Assembly (NCBI RefSeq): GCF_025526975.1
Contig: NW_026515675.1
Coordinates: 496,001-560,000, forward strand
Source of the DNA: Fimicolochytrium jonesii
Lineage: Eukaryota
DNA length: 64,000 nt
Direction of reading: 5' to 3'
Every line of letters starts with the position of its first letter. The first letter of the stretch is position 1. The notes beneath the pieces were generated by a model. It made no database searches. It was not told the origin of the DNA and saw only the letters and a list, made by a program, of their open reading frames with translations. A program made the translations under genes and the position numbers. Positions 1 to 12,591 of this stretch are shown here, piece after piece.

Positions 1-619
1 GCGTGCAAACCTGTTGCAAGGACCAACCCTCTGAAGATGAAGAGGCCCACGAGGAATTCTGACGGCTTGTCAACCATTGAGGTTACCGCGGGTCTGGCGC
101 CCGGGAAAACTTTCGAAGCGATAGGACCAGCGGTACTCGACCTTCCTTCGACCGTCTCCTATTGGCGGTTGGGGCTTGGCAATGAGACCGTGTAGATAAG
201 CTATCCGTAACGAAAAGGTAACAAGCATTTCCTACAGTCATCAAATTTCAAACCGAACTCCAACTCGAGGCTTCTAATTAAGCCCCACATATAATATTCC
301 TAGGTCCGTTGCCAGAGGCTAGTGGCTAGTATACGGTACGTACTGTACTTTGTCCGAAAAATCCTGGCCTCTCAGGCGGACAATTTACGGGCGCTTTTAC
401 TAATTGGGTTTGAGATAAGTTCGAAACTTTTTTGACTTAGAATCCTACATAATTCTACGTAAGAACCGTCGAAACGACATCAAGTGTAACTGATGAACCA
501 CCATGGAAGCGTTCTTGAATCTTGAACAATTGAGCTGAGAATTGAAGCCTCCTTCTATGGTGGAGAAGCAACATGAATAGGGCCCGTGTGACGCGCGTTG
601 TTTCCAACGTTTAATTCTC

Positions 620-627
620 ATGACTCA
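620..627 (+). promoter_or_regulatory. Gcn4/CpcA-type (AP-1) binding site upstream of the cpc-1/GCN4 homolog
   Basis: ATGACTCA at 620-627, about 60 nt upstream of a TATA-like CATAAAA (687-693) and upstream of the uORF-containing leader. Confidence 0.6.
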
Positions 628-766
628 GAGGGAATTCACTGCGCCACACGCGTTTTGGGCCCGTCAATCGCATCGCTTTCCGCTCACATAAAAGAGCGGG
701 ACAGGGGATTCATGCCCTTGCTTTCCCATCGCATCTCCCAACTTACAACAACGCAAACAACTCAAC

Positions 767-784
767 ATGGCTTCCGTTTTCTGA
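767..784 (+). promoter_or_regulatory. uORF1 of the cpc-1/GCN4 leader (MASVF*)
   Basis: ctcaacATG GCT TCC GTT TTC TGA, strong context (A at -3, G at +4); short first uORF as in GCN4/cpc-1/ATF4. Confidence 0.8.
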
Positions 785-889
785 ACCCCCTTTCGGCTAC
801 CGCCACCCAGCCTTTCGCCCTCTCCGTCATCCACCAGTGGCTTCCGCCTACCCAGCATCCTGCACCCCCACCCCAGTGAACACGCCAAA

Positions 890-976
890 ATGGCTTCCCT
901 CCACCACCCCACGCATGAACTAGTGACCTCTGTCGACTTTGCTCTACTGCTGCTAAGACACAAGCAACTGAGATAG
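890..976 (+). promoter_or_regulatory. uORF2 of the cpc-1/GCN4 leader (28 aa, MASLHHPTHELVTSVDFALLLLRHKQLR*), with a nested MN* uORF at 915-923
   Basis: gccaaaATG GCT TCC CTC ... AGA TAG, strong context; ends 91 nt before the main ATG. Confidence 0.8.
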
Positions 977-1067
977 TTTTTCATCTCCGCCTATCTACAA
1001 TACAACATACTCTTTTGAGTGAAGCTTTTTTCCTCATCCGTTAACCCGTACCGTTATCGATCTCGAT

Positions 1068-2068
1068 ATGACCGCGATGAGCGACGAAGTCTTTGACGCT
1101 GAGCTTCGGGAGCTGCTTGGTGCAGGTGTGTATTCTTTCTACTTCTCGTTCATTTGTGTATGATCGATGGCTGATGAACATTGTCTTCTTTAGTGGGATG
1201 CCAGAGCCCGACCGCCGGCAATGTGTTCGGCGACGTGACCACTCAATATGGAGTCGCCGACCTGTTGATGGGTAGTGGTGTGGCCGATGCTACCGCCACG
1301 TCCCCTGCCCTCTTCGATGTGGATGCCTTCCTCACTCCTGAACTCACCGGCTTGGATGTCTTCCCGGACGGCTCTGCATTCGGAACGTTCTCCGGCATCC
1401 AGGAGAGCCCTGCGGCGTCCAGCGTGTTCTCGTCCCCTGCATTCGACATTCCCATGCAGGATTTCGCCATGGGCTCATTCGATGACGCTCTGCTGTTCCC
1501 TGACCTGGGCGTGATGGAACCTTCGTTGGACCAGAGCTTTACTCCTTTGGGTCCTACCAACACTCACACTGTTCCTATTACTGCCACCGCCCAGCCCGCT
1601 TCCGCGTTGACCTTCGACCCCACTATCCTTGCCGCTGCGGCGGCCGCTAGCGGACTCAACGTCGAAGCGCTCCAAAAGTCGCTCCAGGCCTTCGCCGAGT
1701 CTCAAAGCTGTGTGAAGACCGCTACTACCGTTACTCCCGTCGCAAACCCCTCTTCCGAGCCCAGGACTCAATATCCTCCTTCCGGCCGCAAGCGCAAAGA
1801 ATACCCGTTGGACGCTGAGCTTCTCCTTGCGGAACTGGACTCCAAGCGTCAGAAGAACACGGAGGCCGCTCGCAAGTCTCGTCAGAAGAAGCAGGACCGG
1901 CTCAACGAGTTGGAGGTCATGGTCAAGCAGCTGTCCGCCGAGCGCGATGGATTGAAGGCGGAGTTGGTGGCTGAGAGGGAGGCGAGGGCTAGCCGTGAGG
2001 TTGACCAGCTGCGAGAGGTTGCGGAGTTGAGGAAGAGGCTTGATGCGTACGAGCGGAGGAGCCGGTAG
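1068..2068 (+). CDS. cpc-1: bZIP general amino-acid control activator (Gcn4/Cpc1/CpcA-like)
   Basis: Exon 1 1068-1125 (MTAMSDEVFDAELRELLGA), intron 1126-1193 (GT..TAG); acidic/hydrophobic activation region; C-terminal basic region KRQKNTEAARKSRQKK plus leucine zipper; uORF-containing leader. Confidence 0.88.
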
Positions 2069-2739
2069 AGCCGATAGCGCTGGCGTTGAATCCTCCGCAC
2101 ATATCTTGATGGAGTTCCTAGATTTTTTTTTGTTGACTTCTTATGACTGTCTTTCCTAATGTTCGCTTTGGCTACGGTGCATCTCTAAAATCGAAATGCT
2201 GTACAAGCACTTTCATTAGCGTTCTTGACTTGCTCATCTTTGGGCTTCTCGGGGTCTTGTCTGACCGTTGAGGTTTGCCGGAGCAGTTCCAAACATAAGC
2301 GAGAGTAAATCTTATCTGCACCATACGAAATTTCTTCTCGGATCTGGGAAGCAGAAGAGATCCATGGATCCTGATAGGACTCCGATCCACACTATCACTT
2401 CAGCTGAGCACCGCTCCGCCCGTGTAAGATGTGAGGTGACGACGTTGTTTCTGAAGGCGGCGGTACGAGCGTCGAGCGTCGAGAGTGATCTAATCGTGGA
2501 AGCGCGCGCAACGCGACCCCAAGACTCCCAACTGCCCAAATGACATTCCCGCGTGTCCGTGGCTTTTGGCCGTCTCCTTTTCTCCTTTTCTGAGGTTTTT
2601 TTTCTTGGAAAGCCCACCAGACCTCCATCGTGCAGCTGCCTTCTTTCCCAAAACGATAGAAAATTGTCACACGCACTGAAAGGCACGGGCGCAACTCCTG
2701 CGTGCCCGACCGCATCTTCAGCTTGCCCAGTCAACGACG

Positions 2740-5107
2740 ATGCTCCGAGTGCGTCCAACCACCTTCGGGCTTCTCCGAGCAGGCCTACGGCCGTCATCGC
2801 TGTCACTTCCTCAATACCATCTCCAGAACCACCCAGGACCCCTCACCACTTGTCCACATGCTCCCTCGCACTCGCGCCAGCCATGTTCGCCCGCCATCTC
2901 CGCGGTTCGAAAAATGTCCACGGCAGCGATGAGTCTGGAGCCGGTGACGATTCCCATTGAACGGACCGCTGCAAAACCTCCTCCGCCAGCGCCAAAGGAC
3001 GATGATCATCATGCTGTTGTGAGCACGTTTGATTTGTTTAGTATTGGGGTTGGGCCGTCGTCGAGGTATGTTTTGTTTTGTGTCGTTGGCGTGGGGAACT
3101 GGGGGTCGCCGAGCGCTGTGAGGGCGGAGAACTGTGTCGAGCCCTGCGAACCGCTGAGACGAGCGAAGGATGAAACGCAATTCGGCACAATCCTTAATCG
3201 TTCTGCCCCAAATCCGTTGAACCAGTCACACAGTAGGCCCGATGCGAGCAGCCAAGATCTTCCTAGAAGACCTCAAAAAAGCCAACGTTCTTGATAAAGT
3301 CCAAATCATGAAGGTACACCTCTACGGCTCCCTCGCCCTAACCGGCGACGGCCACGGCACTCCCAACGCCATCCTCATGGGCCTCGAAGGCGAAGCGCCC
3401 GAGTCCGTCGACACACAAGCGATGCCCGGCCGCTGCCACAAAATCGCCGAGACATCCACGCTGCGACTTAACGGGACGCATCCGATCGAGTTCCGGCCTG
3501 CGAAAGACTTGATTTTCCACCCGGACGCGTCTTTACCGCAGCATCCGAACGGGATGCGGTTCCTGGCAATGGACGCCGACGCCGAGTTGATTGCGTGTAA
3601 TGAGTATTTCAGTATCGGGGGCGGGTTCGTCGTTAACGAAAAGACGCGGGTGGCGCATGGCGAGAACGTGTTCTACATGGAGTACGACGCATCCAACGTG
3701 GAGGAAGGGCGGAAGAACCAGGACGTCGCTGTCACAACCGCCGCGTTACCGTTTAGTAACGGCCTGCAATTGCTCGAGGTGTGCCAGCGGGAACATATGA
3801 GCATCGCGCAAGTAGTATGGGAGAACGAGCGCCGGTGGCGGAGCGTCGCAGAAATTAGGGAGCGGACAAAAGCGATTTGGCAGGTTATGGACAATAGTAT
3901 AGAGAATGGTTGTCTGGCTGGCGAGAACGATATTCTCCGCGGCGGGTTGAATATCAAGAGACGGGCGCCGAAACTGTACCGGAAGCTGCTGCGTGGGTTT
4001 TATGGAGGTCCCAAACTGGGAGGGATCTCAAATGACTCTTCTAGGACGTCGGCGTCGACGACCAATACTCCAGTAGACATGTCTACCAACCGTGGTTTCG
4101 TTTCGCAGGTACGCCTGTCCTTTCCTCCTCAGACTAGGCTCCGAATGCATGATCGCCCGCTTACGTTGGTCATCCCTTTTGCCGACAATAGTACAAGAAA
4201 GACGGCGTAGAACTGCTCAAACGGCGGCGGAAGAAGCGAATGGTCGCGCCTGCTCTCGACTTTCTTAGCGCCTACGCCATCGCAGTAAACGAAGAAAACG
4301 CCGCCGGTGGACGAGTAGTCACGGCGCCCACCAACGGTGCAGCAGGGTCGGTATTCAAGCCCAACATCTCAATTCTATAAGCGTGCAAAGAAACTCACTG
4401 CAGCTACATTCTATCTATTCTAGTGTGATCCCAAGCGTTCTAAAATACTACCTAGAATTCTCCTCCGACGAGGCAACCTCAGCCTCGCCCGACTACGAAG
4501 CGCTAGAATCCGATGTGATCGAGTTTCTGTTCACGGCGGCCGCCATTGGGATGCTATACAAACGTGGTGCGAGTATCTCGGCTGCAGAGATGGGATGCCA
4601 AGGCGAGGTTGGCGTGGCGTGCAGTATGGCTGCGGCGGCGTTTGCGGCGGTGATGGGAGGGACGGTGCAGCAGGTCGAGAACGCGGCTGAGATTGCTATG
4701 GAGCATAATTTGGGATTGACGTGCGACCCGGTTGGCGGGTTGGTGCAGGTAAGGATGGCGAATTTGGAGGACAGATCGCTGGTTTGGCCCCGCGTATAGG
4801 CGCTGCATTATTCCAACGCTATCGTCTCCTGGCAGATCCCGTGCATCGAGCGCAACGCTTTGGGTGCCGTCAAAGCCGTCACCGCCGCACAGCTCGCACT
4901 GAATGGGGACGGCGAGCATCATGTATCTCTGGACGCAGTCATCGAGACGATGCGCCAAACCGTAAGTTGAAGCCTCGCAATGCAGCTGATCATTGCGAAC
5001 GTTTCTTGCTCACGTCCATCCTTCCCTTTCCATAGGGCCACGATATGATGTCCAAGTACAAGGAGACATCACTTGGCGGGCTTGCCGTTAACGTTCCGTT
5101 ATGCTAG
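2740..5107 (+). CDS. sdaA: Iron-sulfur-dependent L-serine dehydratase (bacterial SdaA/SdaB type) with a putative mitochondrial presequence
   Basis: Spliced motifs [102 protein letters not shown]; five GT-AG introns (first 3066-3225); R/S/L-rich, acid-free N-terminus. Confidence 0.93.
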
Positions 5108-5385
5108 CGGACTTTGCTTCCATCGTGCTTTCCCTCACTTCCTGCATCTCAGTCCTCGGGCCAACAACCCACGACGACAGGGTGTAGGACGTTTTGGTTT
5201 TAGCGGTACCACCCCGTTTAGACCTTGACTCTGTCTCATCCCATGCATTCATCCACATTCGCCTCGAACTGCACCCCATAGACCTTTTTCCATCCCGGTA
5301 TCCAGCATGTCCTTTAGCAATCGGCGTCGGACATTCATCATAACATATCATATAGACCGAGGTCTTTTGGTTTTTCGTGAGGCCT

Positions 5386-6562
5386 CTACGAATCCCTGCA
5401 TGCCTGGCATTTCCAGATGCCCTTCGGTACTTTCGAAACGCCGGCGCACTGAAAATGGAACCATGAACCCGCGGGACAATCCTGCACAACAGACAGTCAA
5501 TATCAATATTCATGGTCGTACTCTGCACGATTTGTGATGTATGTTGCTCCTCACCGATCCAGCGTTACATTCAATCATGGGAACATCGGGCCCCAAATCC
5601 TCCTTGCAAAAGCAATATATGCTCGTATTGAAGCCTCGCGTGGCGACCGGCGGCCTCTTCCTCCGCCGCGGCGAGGAATGTTCGACTGGTTGCGGTTTGC
5701 GCTTACGAGACACTGCCGCGTCTTTCGCTCTGCCGGCGGCGGCCTTCAGGGCTTTGGCGGCCTCCATCTCGGTCATTGAAGGTCTTCTCCCCGACATGGA
5801 CGACGATGAGGATGACGCCGCAAATCGTGGATGTGAATTGGAGGTTGTTTCGGACAGGACTACCCGGGGTTTGACCGTCTTTGGTATCGTGATGGTGCGT
5901 TTCAATGACTTTGCGGCAAATGTGGATGTCGATGATGATGGCGGTAGTTGCTGGGAACGCTGCGAATTCTCGCCATCCGATGCATCCTCGACTGTGTCCT
6001 CAGCTCCGTCGTCGGGTCGCAAATCACCCCACAGACCAGGCCCGGCATCTGACCGACATACTCTCGCAATCAGCACCCTCAGCTTCACGTCTTGACAGCT
6101 CACGCATCCCATACCTGGCGGAACCCCCGTCTCCCCAAACACCCTCAGATACTCCGTCCGCTCGCTAACCATACACTCCATCTCAACCGCCAACACCGCC
6201 TTCATCTCCGCCGCCGCCTTGTACTCTGCCACCAGCTCCGCCAAACGGTGCACCCGCGCCCGCAGCCCTGATGCTGACGTGGTGCGTATTTCCTCGAGCG
6301 TGCTGTCTAGCTCCTCCATAAGGTTGTATTGCGCTGTGAAAGAGGTAGCTGTGGTTTCGGCGAGCTGTGTGAGGGACGAGGGGTGAGGAGGAGGGGTCGC
6401 ACTTCTACGCGAGGAAATTGGGGTGCATATTCGTACCCTGGCCATCCTCGCGCCGGTTTCTGAAGTGAGTGCCTCCGTCGCTAGTGTTTCGGTAAGTGTT
6501 AATAGCTACCCACGAAGATCATCCCCCTCCCCTTGCCATTTCGAGCGCAGATTCCTCACCAT
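5386..6562 (-). CDS. ING-like PHD finger protein (N-terminal helical/coiled region, C-terminal PHD)
   Basis: Splicing out 5482-5554 gives YCFC..MIECNAGS|DCPAGSWFHFQCAGVSKVPKGIWKCQAC (C4HC3 with ING-type Y/M/W cage residues); probable in-frame intron 6061-6114; start codon uncertain (6445, 6562 or 6581). Confidence 0.75.
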
Positions 6563-7006
6563 CCAGGTATTCCTGCGACATCCCGGCGCGTGAGTCCAAA
6601 AAAGCACTCTTGGATGAGGCAACGAGCGCCAGCACTTACATTAAGGAACTGAACATTCCTGTGGCTTTGCATTGTGAGCGAGCCTTTCGTTGCTGCTACT
6701 CGTCGCACCTTGCTTGCTCAGTGTGCCTTTTTGTGTGCAAGTGTGGTTTGGAGTCCATCAGGGTTCGGACATGTCCCTCGACGCGTTGCCCGGTCACGCA
6801 GAATCACGCTCCTCCCACCCAGCTCAAGATCATACCAAACCGACGCGTTTGAGAGGACCCACCACAGGACCCACGAAGGGTTTCGGCGAATGGCGCAAAA
6901 TGTGATAAATTAGAATATGTATGCTTCGTTCTAGGCTCTATGGGTTCCGCAGATATGAAAAGCCCCCTTGGAAGCAGTTCCGCCATTTCTGCATATAAAC
7001 ATCTTC

Positions 7007-8327
7007 CTACAAAAACAGCTTCAAGCTTGCTATGACTTTCCGCGCGCGAGTCAAAATGATGGAAGTTGACGACTTTGCGCTTCCACTATCAGCTTCCGTT
7101 GATGCGTCCTCCTCGTCGCTGGAAGAGTCATCGTCATCTGATTCTTCGAAAGTGATTTTATTGCCGTCCTTGGTTCCAGCTTTTGGGATGGCAGAATCGG
7201 GGTTCGCCAGATGTACGAGCTCTTTGGCTTCGGCGACCGTTTCCTGAGATTGGGTTGCGTTTACTTCAGTCCTGGTGACCTAAGGCAAGTGCTGGTAATC
7301 GATGACACATACCTCCCGCGCTCTTGGTCCCAAATTCTGCACATATTCCAATGCCATCTCAAATGTCTTATCGTCCATCTGAGTTCGCACCACAAGACAG
7401 CCTGTGTTAACAAGTCGGGCCGCGATGGATATAGGCGGCACCGCAAGTCCTCACCTGATTCGAGTACCACATATTCCGAAGAATCCACACTTGCCGAACT
7501 TTCTGGAACTTCCACTCAGAGCGGTTCTGGACGTACAGCCGGAGGTACTCGAGAGCTGCATCCCGCTTCTTTCGATCGCTCGCCTTCTCAGCGGTAGGTG
7601 GAGCTACGAGTTTCGAGCTAGGTTCCGTTCCGTTTTCCACAGCAGCGGTGTTGGATGTGCTCACAGCCCTCTCTTCTGCTTCTGCAGACGGCGCATCCTT
7701 GGAAGCGGCAGTATCTAACTCTAAAAGCTTTGTTCTCAGGTTCACACGCTGTTTCCGCTTCTGAGCCTCAGTCGGTTTGGTTTTCGGTCTGGGTTTACTC
7801 GACTTCTTCTTTCTCCGTTTCGATGGCGTCTTCGTTTTGGCGTCTGTTCCCTCACCAGTAGGCAGTCCTTCTCTACCATCACCGCCGCCGGTCCCTGAGG
7901 CATCCGCTATGGGTGGCTCTGCGCTTTTGATCTTCTTCAGGATCCCGGCCTTCTTTGTGGGCTCCGTCGCCTGAGTTGCCTCACTATCCACCTCCTTTCT
8001 CGCCTTTTTCGATTTCGGCTCGTCAACCGTCCCCGCACCTGAATCCGCTTCCGTAGCTGGTTTCTTACTCTTCTTCTTCTTTTCTGTTACATTTTCGGCT
8101 GGTGCGTCGGCTGTAGCGTCTAATTTCCGCTTTTTCGATTTTTTGCCTGTTTCGGGCGTCGGTTGGGCCACTGTTGCATCATCTGCCTTCATTTCCACGG
8201 CAGCCGCCTTCTTTTTATCCCATTTCTTCTGCTTTTCGGCTACGGTTGCCGACTCCTCGTTCGTTGCCACTGCTGAACCCGGAAGTCCCTCGCTTTCGGG
8301 GCCCTTCGTTTTCGTTTTCGAGCCCAT
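7007..8327 (-). CDS. WKF-domain lysine-rich nucleolar-type protein (C7orf50/YCR016W-like)
   Basis: ALEYLRLYVQNRSEWKFQKVRQVWILRN motif; K/E-rich N-terminus; two introns, then a C-terminus ending TRARKVIASLKLFL*. Confidence 0.8.
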
Positions 8328-9001
8328 GTTCCGCTAATACTTGACTCGAGGACCAGTGTTTCCCGATACCAGCGACTTGGCAAGACGTTCTCGGCGCTGT
8401 TTCGAAAACGGGATGGTATAGATATGCTTGGGCCGTTACAGTATTATAGCACACGCTTGTGCAAATGCAGAAAGTTCAAAAGCCCAAATGCCCTTTTTGC
8501 AAGCGTCTGTCGTACTGTATGTACATATGTACGCGAGATGATTAGGCGTAATGCAAGCAAAAACCGCATGGTTGATCAAGGGGTCAGATTAGCGACGGAA
8601 GGAAAACGCGTCATTCGGCCTTATCTGCGGACCCCTTTAGCCATCACTCGATCAACTGAGTATTTACATTAGAACGTTAATCATTTGTATCATGGGGGAG
8701 GCGAATTTCGCAGTTCGTATTACAAACGCATGTGAGATCGGGCTCGTTTCTTCCGCCGACAACCCCCCATAACAAGGCATTCGGGAAAGCTCCGAGTTCA
8801 GTTCAATTTGATCAACGTTCGGAGTCAAAAAGCTGCTTGCGAGTTACGACAGGGACTATAGGTGCCAGCAACAGCCGTCTACCAACAACCGTTCAGTGAA
8901 ACCCACAGTCTAGCGGTCCCCACGCAAGTGCAAAGTGACAGGTTGCGAGTATTGAATAGGCTTCCATTGGAATACGACGAAGACCTACTCTTTTCACCAC
9001 A

Positions 9002-10711
9002 ATGTCTCCGTCTTTGGGATCCGCACTCCGTCTCGCTGGCCGGTCTCTCTCTGGGCTGAGGCCCAGGCCGTCGCAGCTATCCACAGCGCCGAATGCCAGG
9101 CCCATCCTCACACACTCTTGCCAGCGGACCTTTGTATCATCCGCTGCGAGCAGGTCCGCTACTGCTGTACAAGACCCTGCGCTGAAAGAAGATCTCTCTT
9201 TCGAAGGTATGCTTGGCCCGGTTGATTTCTTTGTTTCTCTCGACTGCTCGGTGAAAGCTTTTCTGACTTCCTCCCCACCTCATATAGCAAATAACTTCGA
9301 TATCCAGAAGGTCGAACATGAAGGAAGGCCCGTATATCTGGATGTGCAGGCGACAACTCCGATGGACCCACGAGTAGTCGAAACCATGCTGCCATATATG
9401 ACCCGTTTCTTCGGAAACCCCCACTCGCGGACGCACCAATACGGATGGGAATCAGAGAAGGCAGTCGAGCATGCGCGAAAGGAGGTGGCAGATCTGATTG
9501 GGGCGGATCCAAAGGAGATTGTTTTCACTAGCGGAGCGACGGAATCGAATAACATGAGTGTGAAGGGTGTGGCCCGGTTCTACAAAGCCAAGAAGAACCA
9601 CATCATTACGACGCAGATTGAGCACAAGTGTGTGCTGGATTCTTGCCGTGTGCTCCAGGAGGAGGGATTCGATGTTACATATCTGCCGGTGAAGAAGAAC
9701 GGGCTCGTCGACTTGGCGGTACGTGTGGTTACGACTTGGTGAATTATTCACTGTGGTTGGTGCCTAATGCGACTTCATCAGGAATTGGAGAAGGCCATTC
9801 GACCAGAAACATCATTGGTCTCCATTATGACAGTCAACAACGAAATCGGTGTCATTCAACCAATGGAAGAGATCGGGAAGATTTGCCGGGCACACAAGGT
9901 CTTCCTGCACGTAAGTAATTCAGTCCTTTGAAGTGGTGAGCAATCCATTAATCCGTCACTACAGACGGACGCTGCCCAGGCCGTAGGGAAGATACCCGTA
10001 GACGTTAACAAATGGAACGTGGACCTGATGTCCATTTCGGGTCACAAAGTATACGGACCAAAAGGCATCGGAGCAGTCTACGTACGTCGTCGCCCACGTG
10101 TTCGTCTCGAACCCATCATGTCCGGCGGTGGCCAAGAGCGTGGTCTGCGTAGCGGGACAGTGCCTACCCCGCTTGTCGTCGGTCTCGGAAAAGCCTGCAG
10201 CATCGCGCAGGCGGAGATGGGCAAAGACGCCGCGCATATCAAGGAACTGTCGGACCGTCTAATCAATGGCATCAACGCCAAGGTTGATATGGTCGTCAGG
10301 AACGGGGACCCGGACTCGACATACCCCGGCTGCGTCAACCTGTCCTTTTCCTATGTGGAGGGAGAGTCGTTGTTGATGGCTCTGAAGGACATCGCATTGT
10401 CATCCGGCTCAGCTTGCACCTCAGCGTCCCTCGAACCGTCATACGTCCTGAGAGCACTTGGTGCCGATGAGGATATGGCGCACTCGTCTATCCGGTTCGG
10501 AATCGGCAGGTTCACAACCCAGGAAGAGATCGACTTTGCTGTTCAGCGTGTTGTTCAACATGTCAGCAGGCTTAGGGAGATGAGTCCATTGTGGGAAATG
10601 GTATGTGGTTGCTGCCCTTCTCCGAAACCCCCACATATGCTGACGAGCTTCCAAAATTCTTAGGTCCAGGAAGGTATCGACCTGAAGAGCATCCAGTGGG
10701 CACAGCACTAG
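9002..10711 (+). CDS. NFS1: Mitochondrial cysteine desulfurase
   Basis: [39 protein letters not shown] (PLP lysine), [17 protein letters not shown] (catalytic Cys), [10 protein letters not shown]; presequence; four introns. Confidence 0.97.
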
Positions 10712-11314
10712 TCATAGTCATAGTCACGAATCTTTCGCCCAAACGCTCGAACTCAACCTCACCTTGAGATCGCCGATCCCCATCGCATTATGCAACAATC
10801 GACCCGACCCGGCTCACGTCCGACGGATCTCTCCTTTAGAGAGCATATGTAGCTTGTGCAGCAGTGCGTTCCACGTGGGCAACCTAGTTCTGGCCGTTGG
10901 CATCGTAATGTGTAGCTCCTTCTCCCATTCACAAGTTCCGTTGCCCACATCCCCTACTCAAAAGGGAAAGCACTGATGGCGATACTTTCTTCTTACGCAA
11001 AACACACACTGTCTTTGTAAATAATATCACTTCACCCGCTTTGGGCATCGTAATCATTCACGCATTTGCAAACTTTATGACTTTGGAATAAGGAAGCGAT
11101 ATACGAAATGGATGGCTGTGAGTTCTATATGATGCGGAACGGGGACTCGAAACTTAAAAGCACCAAGCGTTGTCTGTATTATTAGCGCCGCCCCAGTCTT
11201 ACTGTGTACATTTATATGTCTTAAAATGTGGAAAAGGTATCTCTCTGCTAGTCCTCAGAGGGGAAAAGATCCAGCCTTCCCGCATCTACAATATCGGTGT
11301 AACTATATAGATAT

Positions 11315-12591
11315 CTACTTGTTTCTCTCCATCGCCTCCCACGGCGCAACCTGCGCCCTCTGCCCATACGCCGCCATATAGTTCATACTGAACCCCCCAC
11401 TCTGCGCCTCCTCCGGGCCCGTGAACGACGGTACACGATGCGCGATGTTCTCGGGTGTCATGGCACGCGGTTCAAGCAGACATGCTAGGGTGGGTTTGCG
11501 GGATAGGGCTTGTGGCGGTGTGGATATCAGCGACATGCTGGAGGCGGTAGCGGAAAGGGGGTGGAGCATTCGGGAGGATGCGACGGATTCGCGGGAGATG
11601 GACGCGTCGGGGTTGTTACCGATGAGTCCCAGGTAGCTGTCGGATTGCATTTGAGGAGGGTTGTCACCATCATCACCACCACGGATGCTGGGGTTGCGGT
11701 TGCGACGTGACCGTCCTCGTCTGCTGTGGTACATAACGACGGAGGCTGCAAAGACGGCTAGGAAGGCGACAACGGAGACGGCTGCGATGATGATTTTTTT
11801 GCGGCGGCGGAAATGGTCCCAGTTTTTGTGGGCGTCTTCGGCGACTTGGATGATGGTTGTGGTAGGAGGTTGTTGTTGGTTTGTTGATGCGCGGCCGGTG
11901 GTGGGATCGATGATGGGAGTGGAACTGTCGGCGGCCATTGTTGCTGTGGCATTGCGGGCGGATGGGACTGGCGTCGCTCCTACGAGCTGGCCCGTCACGA
12001 TTGTTGTTGCCGAAACGCCCTCCGTGTGCCGATGGTGTCCCCACCTAGTCCCGTTTCCTATTCGATACACCGTAACGAATCCACCCGGGCTTGTTGGTGG
12101 TGCGGGCATGCCTCCACAACCGCCTGGTATGTTCCCAACCACCGGGCACGGTGCGCTACAATTTGCGTCGGGGGCATCCGCTGTTCTTCTCCATTCTCTA
12201 AAGCCAATGCTAAAGTCGGCACCCAGGCATAAACCAGGAGTGCCCTGTAATGGATTGGGTGCCGCAAGCCCGCACATGTCCAACGACTGCTTGTCGCAGA
12301 GTTCCAAGCAGCCTTCTATGGTGCCCTGCAAGGTCGAAAGGCGTCCTAAATCTTCGAACGACCCCAAGTTGGTAACGAGGGGATTCGTGTCATCGTTGCG
12401 AAAGCATCCTACTAAGCGATTAGCTACCGTTTCAGGTGCTTTGTTCAAATAGGATGGGCAAGCGTGATTAGCACCGGAGTCTACGTTAGAGAAGGACACC
12501 CGCACACCCCTCACATACCTCCTTGCGCAGAGACACCCAGTGTGGTGGTCAAAGTACTGACGCATAGAGAGGCCAAGCACAAACGAAGCAT
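11315..12591 (-). CDS. WSC-like single-pass cell-surface sensor protein
   Basis: Signal peptide MLRLCLASLCVSTLTTTLGVSA, intron 12439-12518, Cys-rich LVGCFRND..TIEGCLELC..C..C..CSAPC..CGG domain, S/T/P stalk, TM IIIAAVSVVAFLAVFAASVVMY, basic stop-transfer; 399 codons after splicing. Confidence 0.75.

Noticed and set aside
1..195. Open plus-strand frame from the window edge to TAG at 193-195
   Set aside because: Could be the tail of an upstream gene, but there is no recognisable motif and it is too short to support a call
977..1067. Near-cognate N-terminal extension of Cpc1, as reported for Neurospora
   Set aside because: In-frame TGA at 1020-1022 limits any extension to 15 codons
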